Assembly (NCBI GenBank): GCA_903813345.2
Contig: CAIIXF020000001.1
Location: 32,798,001-32,862,000 of the forward strand
DNA length: 64,000 nt
Direction of reading: 5' to 3'
Source: Owenia fusiformis
Taxonomy: Eukaryota
The notes below the pieces were generated by a model. It ran no database searches, was not told where the DNA came from, and saw nothing but the letters and a program-made list of their open reading frames with translations. A program made the position numbers and the translations under genes. Positions 1-14,195 of this stretch are shown here, piece by piece (positions within the stretch are counted from its first letter, which is position 1; each line of letters starts with the position of its first letter).

Positions 1-3000
1 TATGAATTAAGGGTAGAATTTCGTCAGGAATCCGAATCTGCAAACAAAATTTCGATCCGACTTCCGGTTCGGAAGTTATGGCGTGTCCGAAAAGTAGGTC
101 AAAATAAAAAATCTCCAAATTTAACAAATGAGTTATGAATTAGGGGTAGAATTTTGTCAGGAATCCGAATCTGCAAACCAAATTTCGATCCGACTTCCGG
201 GTCGGAAGTTATGGCGTTTTGAAATTTCAAGAAAAATCGATCTGATGGTATCCTGATAGAAAGTCAAAAGTAGAGAAGAAAATATTGAAAAATGCATCCA
301 TCCTTCCTTTCTGATCCTATCCTATCCTTCCTATCTACCATTGCTTCGTATCCTCTCCTTCATATCCTTCCTATTCTATCCCTTCTTCCTATTCTATTAT
401 ATCATTCTTTCCTATTCTATCCTATAGTTCCTTCCTATTCTATCCTATCCTTCCTTCCTTTTTCATCCATCCATCCATCCATCTTTTTCTGGATGACTTA
501 GCTTATTTTGGATGACTTGGCTTATTCTGGATGACTCGGATAAAAAAAGTCTAGATCTGGAGTCTGAAATTGAACTCGTTCAATTTCCAAAATCTAGTTA
601 TTCTTATTCTTATTATTCTAAACCAGTTTTCTCAATAACCATAAGGTTTTCAGTAAAGTCAGTCATTTGGTCAATTTAGGTCCAGAATCTAGTTCCTCGG
701 AAATTGGGTCAAATTTTTATCTAGGTCAAAGGTCAAGAACTAGGTCAAATCCAGTACTTTGTCACTTTTTTCGATTTTCTCGGTCGTCCTTCAATATTTT
801 CAATCCGGGTTTTTTTCATTGTGTTCCTTATAAAAAAGTAGGAAACCTAGGGTCGATTTAGTTTTTTGATATCTCAAACCGATTTCGAGATATCAGTGAC
901 CGAAAACGAGGTCCAAAAAAAAGTTCTCCGAATCAAATGTCCAGGATATTAGTCTTATAGGAAATTTTCTCAGGATTCCGAATCTGAAAACGAAATTTGG
1001 ATCTGACTTCTAGTTCGGAAGTTATGGCGTTTTGAAAGCTCAAAAATCGCTAAATTTGGTGCCCATGTTAAGTCAATGGGAAAAAATATTTTTTTGAAGT
1101 GAAAAATACGGAATATAGACTGAGTTCAGCTTCATATAATCAAAGCCTTTAAAAGAAGGGGACCTCAAAAGCCATCTAGCTTCACAATTTGGACACCGAA
1201 ATGCCTAGGTCAAAATCTAGGTCAAGTTCATAGGTTTTCCTTATTTTTTCGATTCTGACACTACACTTTAATTATATTCTTCGAAATTGTGTATACATGT
1301 AGCCAAGAATATGCTTATAGTGTTAGCCTTTTGCCGTCAGAAAGTATTTTGACCCACTTTTGAGATATGGTGTCCGAAAAGTAGGTCAAAATAAAAAGTT
1401 CTCCAAATTGAATATATGAGTTATGAATTAATGGTAGAATTTTGTCAGGAATCCGAATCTGCAAACCAAATTTCGATCCGATTTCCCGTTCGGAAGTTAT
1501 GGCGTGTCCGAAAAGTAGGTCAAAATAAAAAATCTCCAAATTTAACGTATGAGTTATGAATTAGGGGTAGAATTTTGTCAGGAATCCGAATCTGCAAACC
1601 AAATTTCGATCCGACTACCGGTTCGGAAGTGATAGCGTTTTGAAATTTCGAGAAAAATCGATCTGATGGTATCCTGATAGAAAGTCAAGAGTAGAGAAGA
1701 AAATATTGAAAAATGCATCCATCCTTCCTTTCTGATCCTATCCTATCCTTCCTATCTACCCTTGCTTCGTTTCCTCTCCTTCCTATTCTATCCCTTCTTC
1801 CTATTCTATTCTATCCTTCTTTCCTATTCTATCCTATCGTTCCTTCCTATTCTATCCTATCCTTCCTTCCTTTTTCATCCATCCATCCATCCATCCATCC
1901 ATCCATCCATCCATCCTTCTTTTTCTTGATGACTTAGTTCATTTTGGATGACTTGGCTTATTCTGGATGACTCGGCTAAAAAAAGTCTAGATCTGGAGTC
2001 TGAAATTGAACTCGTTCAATTTCCAAAATCTAGTTCTTATTCTTATTATTCTAAACCAGTTTTCTCAATAACCATAATTTTTTTTAGTAAAGTCAGTCAC
2101 TTGGTCAATTTAGGTCCAGAATCTAGTTCCTCGGAAATTGGGTCAAATTTTTGTCTAGGTCAAAGGTCAAGAACTAGGTCAAATCCAGTACTTTGTCACT
2201 TTTTTCGATTTTCTCGGTCGTCCTTTAATATTTTCGATCCGGTTTTTTTTCATTGTGTTCCTTATAAAAAAGTAGAAAACCTAGGGTCGATTTAGTTTTT
2301 TGATATCTCAAACCGATTTCGAGATATCAGTGTCCGAAAACGAGGTCCAAAAAAAGGTTCTCCGAATCAAATGTCCAGGATATTAGTCTTATAGGAAATT
2401 TTCTCAGGATTCCGAATCTGAAAACGAAATTTCGATCCGACTTCCGATTCGGAAGTTATGGCGTTTTGAAAACTCAAAAATCGCTAAATTTGGTGCCCAT
2501 GTTAAGTCAATGGGAAAAACTATTTTTTTGAAGTGAAAAATACGGAATATAGACTGAGTTCAGCTTCATATAATCAAAGCCTTGAAAAGAAGGGGACCTC
2601 AAAAGCCATCTAGCTTCAAAATTTGAACACCGAAATACCTAGGTCAAAATCTAGGTCAAATTCATAGGTTTTCCTTATTTTTTCGATTCTGACACTACAC
2701 TTTAATTATATTCTTCGAAATTGTGTATACATGTAGCCAAGAATATGCTAATAGTGTTAGCCTTTTGCCGTCAGAAAGTATTTTGACCCACTTTTGAGAT
2801 ATGGTGTACGAATAGTAGGTCAAAATAAAAAGTTCTCCAAATTTAATATCTGAGTTATGAATTAAGAGGAGAATTCTGTCAGGAATCCGAATCTGCAAAC
2901 TAAATTTCGATCCGACTTCCGATTTGGAAGTTATGGCGTGTCCAAAAAGTAGGTCAAAATAAAAAATCTCCAAATTTAACGTATGAGTTATGAATTGGGG

Positions 3001-4779
3001 GTAGAATTTTGTCAGAAATCCGAATCTGCAAACCAAATTTAGATCCGACTTCCGGTTCGGAAGTTATGGCGTTTTGAAATTTCGAGAAAAATCAATCTGA
3101 TGGTATCCTGATAGAAAGTCAAGAGTAGAGAAGAAAATATTGAAAAATTCATCCATCCTTCCTATCTCATCCTATCCTATCCTTCCTATCTATCCTTCCT
3201 TCATATCTTTTCCTTCCTATCCTTCCTATCCTATCCTATCCTATCCTTTCTTCCTATTCTATTCTATCCTATCCTTCTTTCTTATTCTATCCTATCGTTC
3301 TTTCCTATTCTATCCTATCCTACCTTCCTATTTTATTTATCCATCTCTTTCTAGATGACTCAGCTTATTCTGGATGACTCGGCTTATTCTGGATGACTCG
3401 GCTAAAAAAAGTCTAGATCTGGAGTCTGAAATTGAACTTCGTTCAATTTCCAAAATCTAGTTCTTATTCTTATTCTTATTATTATTCTAAACCAGTTTTC
3501 TCAATAACCATAAGGTTTTCAGTAAAGTCAGTCATTTGGTCAATTTAGGTCCAGAATCGAGTTCCTCGGAAATTGGGTCAATTTTTTATCTAGGTCAAAG
3601 GTCAAGAACTAGGTCAAATCCAGTACTTTGTCACTTTTTTCGATTTTCTCGGTCGTCCTTCAATATTTTTGATCCGGGTTTTTTTCATTGTTTTCCTTAT
3701 AAAAAAGTAGGAAAGCTAGGGTCATTTAGTTTTTTGATATCTCAAACCGATTTCGAGATATCAGTGTCCGAAAACGAGGTCCAAAAAAAAGTTCTCCGAA
3801 TCAAATGTCCAGGATATTAGTCTTATAGGAAATTTTCTCAGGATTCCGAATCTGAAAACCAAATTCGAATCAGACTTCCGGTTCGGAAGTTATGGCGTTT
3901 TGAAAGCTCAAAAATCGCTAAATTTGGTGCCCATGTTAAGTGGAAAATACGAAATATAGACTGAGTTCAGCTAAATATAATGAAAGCTTTTAAAAGAATG
4001 GGACCTCAAAAGCCATCTAGCTTCAAAATTTGGACACCAAAATGCATAGGTCAAAATCTAGGTCAAATTCAAAGTTTTTCTGTATTTTTGCTATTCTGAC
4101 ACTACAGATTAATTATATTCTTCGAAATTGTGTATGCATGTAGCCATAAGTGTGCTAATAGTGTTAGCCTTTTGCCGTCAGAAAGTATTTTGCCCCACTT
4201 TTGAGATATGGTGTCCGAAAAGTAGGTCAAAATAAAGAATTCTCCAAATTTTACGTGTGAGTTATGAACTAAGTATAGAATTTTCTCAGGAATCCGAATC
4301 TGCAAACCAAATTTCGATCCGACATCCAGTTGGGAAGTTATGACATTTTGAAAGCTCAAAAATCGCTAAATTTGGTGCCCCATGTTATGTCAATGGGAAA
4401 AAAGATTTTTTTGAAGTGTAAAATACGAGATATAGACTAAGTACAGCTTAAAATAATGAAAGCCTATGAAAGAAGGGAACCTCGAAGGCTACCTAACTTC
4501 AAAATTTGGACACCAAAATGCCTAGGTCAAAATCTAGGTCAAATTCATAGTTTATCCTTATTTTTGCGATTCTGACACTACACTTTAATTACATTCCTCG
4601 AAATTGTGTATGAAGCTATGAATTAAGTGTAGAATTTTCTCAGGAATCCAGATCTGAAATTAAAATTGCAATCCGACCCTTGGTTAAGATTCTACACTAT
4701 TTTGATGTTTGAAATTCGCACGTGCCAGTATTCACGATGCAGATTGATCAAATATACTTTCAAAAATTCTTACATACCC

Positions 4780-5025
4780 TACTTTACATCCCTACCTACT
4801 CAGCTACTTATTGACTACTTACTCAATTACTTAATAAGTTATAACTTACTTAGCTACTTACTCAGCTATTTACTCAGGTACTTACTCAGCTACCTACTCA
4901 GCTTTTTACTCAGCTACTTACTCAGGTACCTACTCAGCTACCTATTCAGCTACTTACTCAATTACTTAATCATCTACTTACTCAACTTCCTACTCAGTTA
5001 CTTACTCAGCTCTTTACTCAAGTAA
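4780..5025. repeat. 12-bp minisatellite (CTCAGCTACTTA)n in the 3' part of one element variant
   Basis: About 20 degenerate copies, e.g. ctcagctactta, ctcaggtactta, ctcaattactta; it generates the spurious LLSY ORF. Confidence 0.9.
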
Positions 5026-8000
5026 ATCAATCTGGAGTCTTAAATTGAACTTTGTTCAATTTACCAATCTAGTTATTAGACTCCAGATTGAAAATCTGGA
5101 GTCTATTGTTTTCGTCAGTTTTCTTATTAGACTCCAGATTGAAAATCTGGAGTCTATTGTTTTCGTCAGTTTTCTTATTATTAGACTCCAGATTGAAAAT
5201 CTGGAGTCTATTGTTTTTGCCTGTTTTCTTTATTATTATTCTTTTTTCTTCCTCCTCACCAAATTTCTCGTCAACTATAACAGCTTACTTAATCCAACTT
5301 ACATGGTTAACTAAAGACTGTATCCGGCTTTCTAGGAAATTAGGTCAAATTTTTATCTAGGTCAAAGGTCAAGAACTAGGTCAAATCCAGTACTTTGTCA
5401 CTTTTTCCCATTATCTCGGTCGTCCTTCAATATTTTTGATCCGGGTTTTTTTCATTGTGTTCCTCATAAAAAAGTAGAAAACCTATGGTCGATTTAGTTT
5501 TTTGGTATCTCAAACCGATTTCGAGATATCAGTGTCCGAAAACGAGGTCCAAAAAAAAGTTCTCCGAATCCAATGTCCAGGATATCAGTCTTATAGGAAA
5601 TTTTCTCAGGATTCCGAATCTGAAAACCAAATTTCGATCTGATATCTGGTTCAGAAGTTATGGCGTTTTGAAAATTCAAAAATCGCTAAATTTGGTGCCC
5701 CATGTTAATTCAATGGGAAAAAAATATTTTTTTGAAGTGTAAAATACGAGATATAGACTAAGCACAGCTAAACATAATGGAAGCCCATAAAAGAAAGGGA
5801 CCACAAGATCTTCTTTTCATAAAAATTTGGACACCAAAATGCCTAGGTCAAAATCTAGGTCAAATTCAAAGTTTTTCCTTATTTTTGCGATTCTGACACT
5901 ACAGATTAATTATATTCTTCGAAATTTTGTATACATGTAGCCAAGAGTGTGCTAATAGTGTTAGCCTTTTGCCGTCAGAAAGTATTTTGACCCACTTTTG
6001 AGATATGGTGTCCGAAAAGTAGGTCAAACTAAAAAGTTCTCCAAATTTAACATATGAGTTATGAATTAAGGGTAGAATTTTCTCAAGAATCCAAATCTGC
6101 AATCCAAATTTCAATCCAACTTTTGGTTCGGAAGTTATGTCGTTTTGAAAGCTCAAAAATCGCTAAATTTGGTGCCCCATGTTATGGCAATGGGAAAAAA
6201 GATTTTTTTGAAGTGTAAAATATGAGATATAGACTGAGTACAGCTTTACATAATGAAAGCCTATAAAAGAAAGGGACCTCAAAAGCTAGCTAGCTTCACA
6301 ATTTGGACACCAAAATGCCTAGGTCAAAATCTAGGTCAAATTTATAGTTTTAACTTATTTTCGCGATTCTGACACTACACTTTAATTATTTGCTTCAAAA
6401 TTTTGTATACAGGTAGCAAAGAGTGTGCTAATAGTGATAGCCTTTTGCCGTCAGAGAGTATTTTGACCCACTTTTGAGATATAGTGTCCGAAATGTAGGT
6501 CAACATGAAAGTTTCTCCAAATTTGACGTATGAGTTATGAATTAAGGGTAGAATTTTCTCAGGAATCCGAATCTGCAAATCAAATTTCAATCCGACACCC
6601 GGTTTGGAAGTAATGGCGTTTTGAAAAATAAAAAATTGGTATTTTGATATCCCATGTTATGTCAATTATCTTTGTCACTATTCGTCGTTATTCCTTTATC
6701 TTTTTTTCATCATGTAGCTTAAAGACACTCCTTTCATTATTGTAATTGTCTTTTTTGATTACTCTTACCGAATTTGAGGAATGGCGTCCGGAAAGAAGGT
6801 CAACACAAAAGTTCTCAAAATTTAATGTATGAGTTATGACGCAAACGTAGAATTTTCTCAGAAATTCGAATCTGCAATCCTTATTTCGACCCAAATTCTG
6901 GTTAGATAGTTATAGCTGTTTGAAGTCTCGAAAAGTCGATATTATGATATCCCCATGTTAAGCCAATGGAGACGAAGATAACCTACTTAAGAGTTGTCTA
7001 AATGTCTATATTCTAGATGACTCAGCTTATTCTGAATGGCTCAGCTTACAGCTTACAGTATTTTGGAAGACTCAGCTTAAAAAAAGTTTTAAATCTGGAG
7101 TCTTAAATTGAACTTGTTCAATTTACATGTCTAGTTATTCTTATTCTTATTATTCTAAGCAAGTTTTCTCAATAACCATAAGGTCTTCAGTAAAGTCAAT
7201 CATTTGGTCAATTTAGGTTCAGTATCTAGTTCCTCGGAAATTGGGTCAAATTTTTATCTAGGTCAAAGGTCAAGAACTAGGTCAAATCCAGTACTTTGTC
7301 ACTTTTTTCGATTTTCTCGGTCGTCCTTCAATATTTTCGATCCGGGTTTTTTTCATTGTGTTCCTTATAAAAAAGTAGGAAACCTAGGGTCGATTTAGTT
7401 TTTTGATATCTCAAACCGATTTCGAGATATCAGTGTCCGAAAACGAGGTCCAAAAAAAAGTTCTCTGAATCAAATGTTCAGAATATTAGTCTTATAGGAA
7501 ATTTTCTCAGGATTCCGAATCTGAAAACGAAATTTTGATATGACTTCCGGTTCGGAAGTTATGGCGTTTTGAAAACTCAAAAATCGCTAAATTTGGTGCC
7601 CATGTTAAGTCAATGGGAAAAAATATTTTTTTGAAGTGAAAAATACGGAATAAAGACTGAGTTCAGCTTCATATAATCAAAGCCTTGAAAAGAAGGGGAC
7701 CTCAAAAGCCATCTAGCTTCAAAATTTGAACACCGAAATGCCTAGGTCAAAATCTAGGTCAAATTCATAGGTTTTCCTTATTTTTTCGATTCTGACACTA
7801 CACTTTAATTATATTCTTCGAAATTGTGTATACATGTAGCCAAGAATATGCTAATAGTGTTAGCCTTTTGCCGTCAGAAAGTATTTTGACCCACTTTTGA
7901 GATATGGTGTCCGAAAAGTAGGTCAAAATAAAAAGTTCTCCAAATTTAACGTTTGAGTTATGAATTAAGAATAGAATTTTCTCAGAAATCCGAATCTGCA

Positions 8001-11000
8001 AACCAAATTTTGATCTGACTTTCGGTTCCGAAGTTATGGCGTGTCCAAAAAGTAGGTCAAAATAAAAATTCGCCAAATTTGACGTATGAGTTATGAATTT
8101 GGGGTAGAATTTTGTCAGGAATCCGAATCTTTAAATCAAATTTTGATCCGACTTCCAGTTCGGAAGTTATGGCGTTTTGAAATTTCGGAAAATCGATCTG
8201 ATGGTATCCTGATAGAAAGTCAAGAGTAGAGAAGAAAATATTGAAAAATTAATCCATCCTTCCTATCTGATCCTATCCTATCCTTCCTATCTATCCTTCC
8301 TATCTATCCTTCCTTCCTATCCTTCCTATCCTCTCCTATCATATCCTTTCTTCCTATTCTGTTCTATCCTATCCTTCTTTCTTATTCTATCCTATCGTTC
8401 CTTCCCATTCTATCCTACCTTCCTATTTTATCCATCCATCTTATTCTGGATGACTCAGCTTATTCTGGATGACTCGGCTTATTTTAGATGACTGGTCTTA
8501 AAAAAAGTCTAGATCTGGAGTCTGAAATTGAACTTCGTTCAATTTCCAAAGTCTAGTTATTCTTTTTCTATCCCAGTTTTCTCAATAACCATAAGGTCTT
8601 CAGTAAAGTCAATCATTTGGTCAATTTAGGTTCAGTATCTAGTTCCTCGGAAATTGGGTCAAATTTTTATCTAGGTCAAAGGTCAAGAACTAGGTCAAAT
8701 CCAGTACTTTGTCACTTTTTTCGATTTTCTCGGTCGTCCTTCAATATTTTCGATCCGGGTTTTTTTCATTGTGTTCCTTATAAAAAAGTAGGAATCCTAG
8801 GGTCGATTTAGTTTTTTGATATCTCAAACCGATTTCGAGATAACAGTGTCCGAAAACGAGGTCCAAACAAAAATTCTTAGAATCAAATGGCCAGGATATT
8901 AGTCTTATAGGAAATTTTCTCAGGATTCTGAATCTGAAAACCAAATTTCGATCTGACTTCCAGTTCGGAAGTTATGGCGTTTTGAAAGCTCAAAAATTGC
9001 TAAATTTGGTGCCCATGTTAAGTCAATAGGAAAAAAGATTTTTTTGAAGTGAAAAATACGAAATATAGACTGAGTTCAGCTAAATATAATGAAAGCTTTT
9101 AAAAGAATGGGACCTCAAAAGCCATCTAGCTTTAAAATTTGGACATCAAAATGCCTAGGTCAGAATCTAGGTCAAATTCAAAGTTTTTTCTTATTTTTGC
9201 GATTCTGACACTACAGATTAATTATATTCTTCGAAATTTTGTATACATGTAGCCAAGAGTGTGCTTATAGTGTTAGCCTTTTGCCGTCAGAAAGTATTTT
9301 GCCCCACTTTTGAGATATGGTGTCCGAAAAGTAGGTCAAAATAAAAAATTCTCCAAATTTGACGTTTGAGTTATGAATTAAGTATAGAATTCTCTCAGGA
9401 ATCCGAATCTGCAAACCAAATTTCAATCCGACTTCCGGTTCGGAGGTTATGACATTTTGAAAGCTCAAAAATCGCTAAATTTGGTGCCCCATGTTATGTC
9501 AATGGGAAAAAAGATTTTTTTGAAGTGTAAAATACAAGATATAGACTAATTACAGCTTAAAATAATGAAAGCCTATATAAGAAGGGAACCTCGAAGGCTA
9601 CCTAATTTCAAAATTTGTACACCAAAATCCCTTGGTCAAAATCTAGGTCAAATTCATAGTTTATCCTTATTTTTGCGATTCTGACACTACACTTTAATTA
9701 CATTCCTCGAAATTGTGTATACATGTAGCCAAGAGTGTGCTAATAGTGTTAGCATTTTGCCGTCAGAAAGTATTTTGACCCACTTTTGAGATATGGTGTC
9801 CGAAAAGTAGGTCAAAATAAAAAAATCTCCAAATTTAATGTATGAGTTATGAATTAGGTGTAGAATTTTGTCAGGAATCCGAATCTGCAATTCAAATTTC
9901 GATCCGACTTCCAGTTCGAAAGTTATGGCGTGTCCAAAGTCCAAAAAGTAGGTCAAAATAAAAAGTTTCCAAATTTAACGTATGAGTTATGAATTAGGGG
10001 TAGAATTTTCTCAGGAATCCGAATCTGCAAATCAAATTTCGATCCGACTTCCGGTTCGGAAGTTATGGCGTTTTGAAATTTCAAGAAAAATCGATCTGAT
10101 GGTATCCTGATAGAAAGTCAAGAGTAGAGAAGAAAATATTGAAAAATGCATCCATCCTTCCTTTCTGATCCTATGCTATCCTTCCTATCTACCCTTGCTT
10201 CGTATCCTCTCCTTCCTATCCTTCCTATTCTATTCTATCCTCCTTTCCTATTCTATCCTATCGTTCCTTCCTATTCTATCATATCCTTCCTTCCCTTTTC
10301 ATCCATCCATCCATCCATCCATCTTTTTCTGGATGACTTAGCTTATTTTGGATGACTTGGCTTTTTCTGGATGACTCAGCTAAAAAAAGTCTAGATCTGG
10401 AGTCTGAAATTGAACTCGTTCAATTTCCAAAATCTAGTTATTATTCTAACCCAGTTTTCTCAATAACCATAAGGTTTTCAGTAAAGTCAGTCATTTGGTC
10501 AATTTAGGTCCAGAATCTAGTTCCTCGGAAATTGGGTCAAATTTTTAGCTAGGTCAAAGGTCAAGAACTAGGTCAAATCCAGTACTTTGTCACTTTTTTC
10601 GATTTTCTCGGTCGTCCTTCAATATTTTCGATCCGTTTTTTTTTCATTGTGTTCCTTATAAAAAAGTAGAAAACCTAGGATCGATTTAGTTTTTTGATAT
10701 CTCAAACCGATTTCGAGATATCAGTGTCCGAAAACAAGGTCCAAAAAAAAGTTCTCCGAATCAAATGTCCAGGATATTAATCATATAGAAAATTTTCTCA
10801 GGATTCCGAATCTGAAAACCAAATTTAGATCGGACTTCCGGTTCAGAAGTTATGGCGTTTTGAAAGCTCAAAAATCGCTAAATTTGGTGCCCATGTTAAG
10901 TCAATGGGAAAAAAGATTTTTTTGAAGTAAAAAATATGAAATATAGACTGAGTTTAGCTAAATATAATGAAAGCTTTTAAAAGAATAGGACCTCAAAAGC

Positions 11001-11199
11001 CATCTAGCTTCAAAATTTGGACACCAAAATGCCTAGGTCAAAATCTAGGTCAAATTCAAAGTTTTTCCTTATTTTTGCGATTCTGACACTACAGATTAAT
11101 TATATTCTTCGAAATTTTGTATACATGTAGCCAAGAGTACGCTAATAGTGTTAGCCTTTTGCCGTCAGGAAGTATTTTGACCCACTTTTGAGATATGGT

Positions 11200-11965
11200 G
11201 TCCGAAAAGTAGGTCAAAATAAAAAGTTCTCCAAATTTAACGTTTGAGTTATGAATTAAGAATAGAATCTTCTCAGAAATCCGAATCTGCAAACCAAATT
11301 TCAATTCGACTTCCGGTTCCGAAGTTATGGCGTGTCCGAAAAGTAGGTCAAAATAAAAATTCGCCAAATTTAACGTATGAGTTATGAATTAGGGGTAGAA
11401 TTTTGTCAGGAATCCGAATCTGCAAATTAAATTTCGATCCGACTTCCGGTTCGGAAGTTATGGCGTGTCCGAAAAGTAGATCAAAATAAAAAATCTCCAA
11501 ATTTAACGTATGAGTTATGAATTAGGTATAGAATTTTCTCAGGAATCCGGATCTGCAAACCAAATTTCGATCCGACTTCCGGTTCGGAAGTTATGGCATG
11601 TCAGAAAAGTAGGTCAAAATAAAAAATCTCCAAATTTAACGTATGAGTTATGAATTAGGGGTAGAATTTTGTCAGGAATCCGGAACTGCAAACCAAATTT
11701 TTTCGATCCAACTTCCGGTTCGGAAGTTATGGCGTGTCCGAAAAGTAGGTCAAAATAAAAAATCTCCAAATTTAACGTATGAGTTATGAATTAGGGGTAG
11801 AATTCGGTCAGGAATCCGGATCTGCAAACCAAATTTCGATCCGACTTCCGGTTCGGAAGTTATGGCGTGTCCGAAAAGTAGGTCAAAATAAAAAATCTCC
11901 AAATTTAACGTATGTGTTATGAATTAGGGGTAGAATTTTGTCAGGAATCCGAATCTGCAAACCAA
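11200..11965. repeat. Tandem expansion of the ~133-bp internal subrepeat
   Basis: GGC(G/A)TGTC(C/A)GAAAAGTAG recurs at ~11331, 11464, 11597, 11733 and 11866 (133-136 bp spacing). Confidence 0.9.
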
Positions 11966-12859
11966 GTTATAGAGTTTTGAAATTTCGAGAAAAATCGATC
12001 TGATGGTATCCTGATAGAAAGTCAAGAGTAGAGAAGAAAATATTGAAAAATTCATCCATCCTTCCTATCTCATCCTATCCTATCCTTCCTATCTATCCTT
12101 TCTTCATATCTTTTCCTTCCTATCCTTCCTATCCTATCCTTTCTTCCTATTCTATTCTATCCTATCCTATCCTTCTTTCTTAATCTATCCTATCGTTCTT
12201 CCCTATTCTATCCTATCCTACCTTCCTTTTTTATTTATCCATCCCTTTCTAGATGACTCAGCTTATTCTGGATGACTCGGCTTATTCTGGATGACTCGGC
12301 TAAAAAAAGTCTAGATCTGGAGTCTGAAATTGAACTTCGTTCAATTTCCAAAATCTAGTTATTCTTTTTATTAGACTCCAGATTGAAAATCTGGAGTCTA
12401 TTGTTTTTGCCAGTATTCTTCTTCTTATTAGACTCCAGATTGAAAATCTGGAGTCTATTGTTTTTGCCAGTATTCTTCTTATTATTATTAGAATGCCGGT
12501 TTCGAAAAAACGGCATTCTATAGTTTTCGCCTTTTTCTTATTAGACTCCAGATGAAATCTGGAGTCTATTGTTTTCGTCAGTTTTCTTATTATTCTTTTT
12601 CTTCTTCTTCTCCTTCTTCTTCTTATTATTCTAACCCAGTTTTCTCAATAACCATAAGGTTTTCAGTAAAGTCAGTCATTTGGTCAATTTAGGTCCAGAA
12701 TCTAGTTCCTCGGAAATTGGGTCAAATTTTTATCTAGGTCAAAGGTCAAGAACTAGGTCAAATCCAGTACTTTGCCACTTTTTTCGATTTTCTCGGTCGT
12801 CCTTCAATATTTTTGATCCGGGTTTTTTTCATTGTGTTCCTTATAAAAGGAACACAATG

Positions 12860-14195
12860 AAAAGTAGGTCAAAATAAAAATTCGCCAAATTTAACGTATG
12901 AGTTATGAATTAGGGGTAGAATTTTGTCAGGAATCCGAATCTGCAAATCAAATTTCGATCCGACTTCGGGTTCGGATGTTATGACGTTTTGAAATTTCAA
13001 GAAAAATCGATCTGATGGTACCCTCATAGAATGTCAGGAAAAGTGAAATAAAATTGAAAAAATACCAGTCCAGTCCATTTCCAGGTCCAAGTCAAGGTCA
13101 AGTCCAGGTCCAAGTCCAGTTTTGTCCAAGTCAAGTCTAGGTCCAAATCCAGTCCAGGACCTAGATCAAAATTTAGGTCTATCCTATCCTTTCTATCTAG
13201 ATGATCTTATTCTGGATGATTCTCCCTTCCTATCTATCCTTCCTTCCTATCCTTCCTTCCTATTCTATCCTATTCTTCCTTCTCATTCAATCCAAGTCCA
13301 GGTACATGTCCCTATTTTTGCGATTCTGACACTACACTTTAATTATATTGTTCGAAATTTTGTATACTTGTAGCCAAGAGTGTGCTAATAGTGTAAGTCT
13401 TTTGCCGTCAGAAAGTATTTTGACCCACTTTTGAGATATGGTGTCCGAAAAGTAGGTCAAAATAAAAATTCGCCAAATTTAACGTATGAGTTATGAATTA
13501 GGGGTAGAATTTTGTCAGGAATCCGAATCTGCAAATCAAATTTCGATCCGACTTCGGGTTCGGATGTTATGACGTTTTGAAATTTCAAGAAAAATCGATC
13601 TGATGGTACCCTCATAGAATGTCAAGAAAAGTGAAATAAAATTGAAAAAATACCAGTCCAGTCCATTTCCAGGTCCAAGTCAAGGTCAAGTCCAGGTCCA
13701 AGTCCAGTTTTGTCCAAGTCAAGTCTAGGTCCAAATCCAGTCCAGGACCTAGATCAAAATTTAGGTCTATCCTATCCTTTCTATCTAGATGATCTTATTC
13801 TGGATGATTCTCCCTTCCTATCTATCCTTCCTTCCTATCCTTCCTTCCTATTCTATCCTATTCTTCCTTCTCATTCAATCCAAGTCCAGGTACATGTCCC
13901 TATTTTTGCGATTCTGACACTACACTTTAATTATATTGTTCGAAATTTTGTATACTTGTAGCCAAGAGTGTGCTAATAGTGTAAGTCTTTTGCCGTCAGA
14001 AAGTATTTTGACCCACTTTTGAGATATGGTGTCCGAAAAGTAGGTCAAAATAAAAATTCGCCAAATTTAACGTATGAGTTATGAATTAGGGGTAGAATTT
14101 TGTCAGGAATCCGAATCTGCAAATCAAATTTCGATCCGACTTCGGGTTCGGATGTTATGACGTTTTGAAATTTCAAGAAAAATCGATCTGATGGT
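12860..14195. repeat. Near-perfect 588-bp tandem duplication (2 copies + partial third)
   Basis: Identical ORF translations at 13122 and 13710 (offset 588); AAAAGTAGGTCAAAATAAAAATTCGCC at ~12860, 13448 and 14036. Confidence 0.9.
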
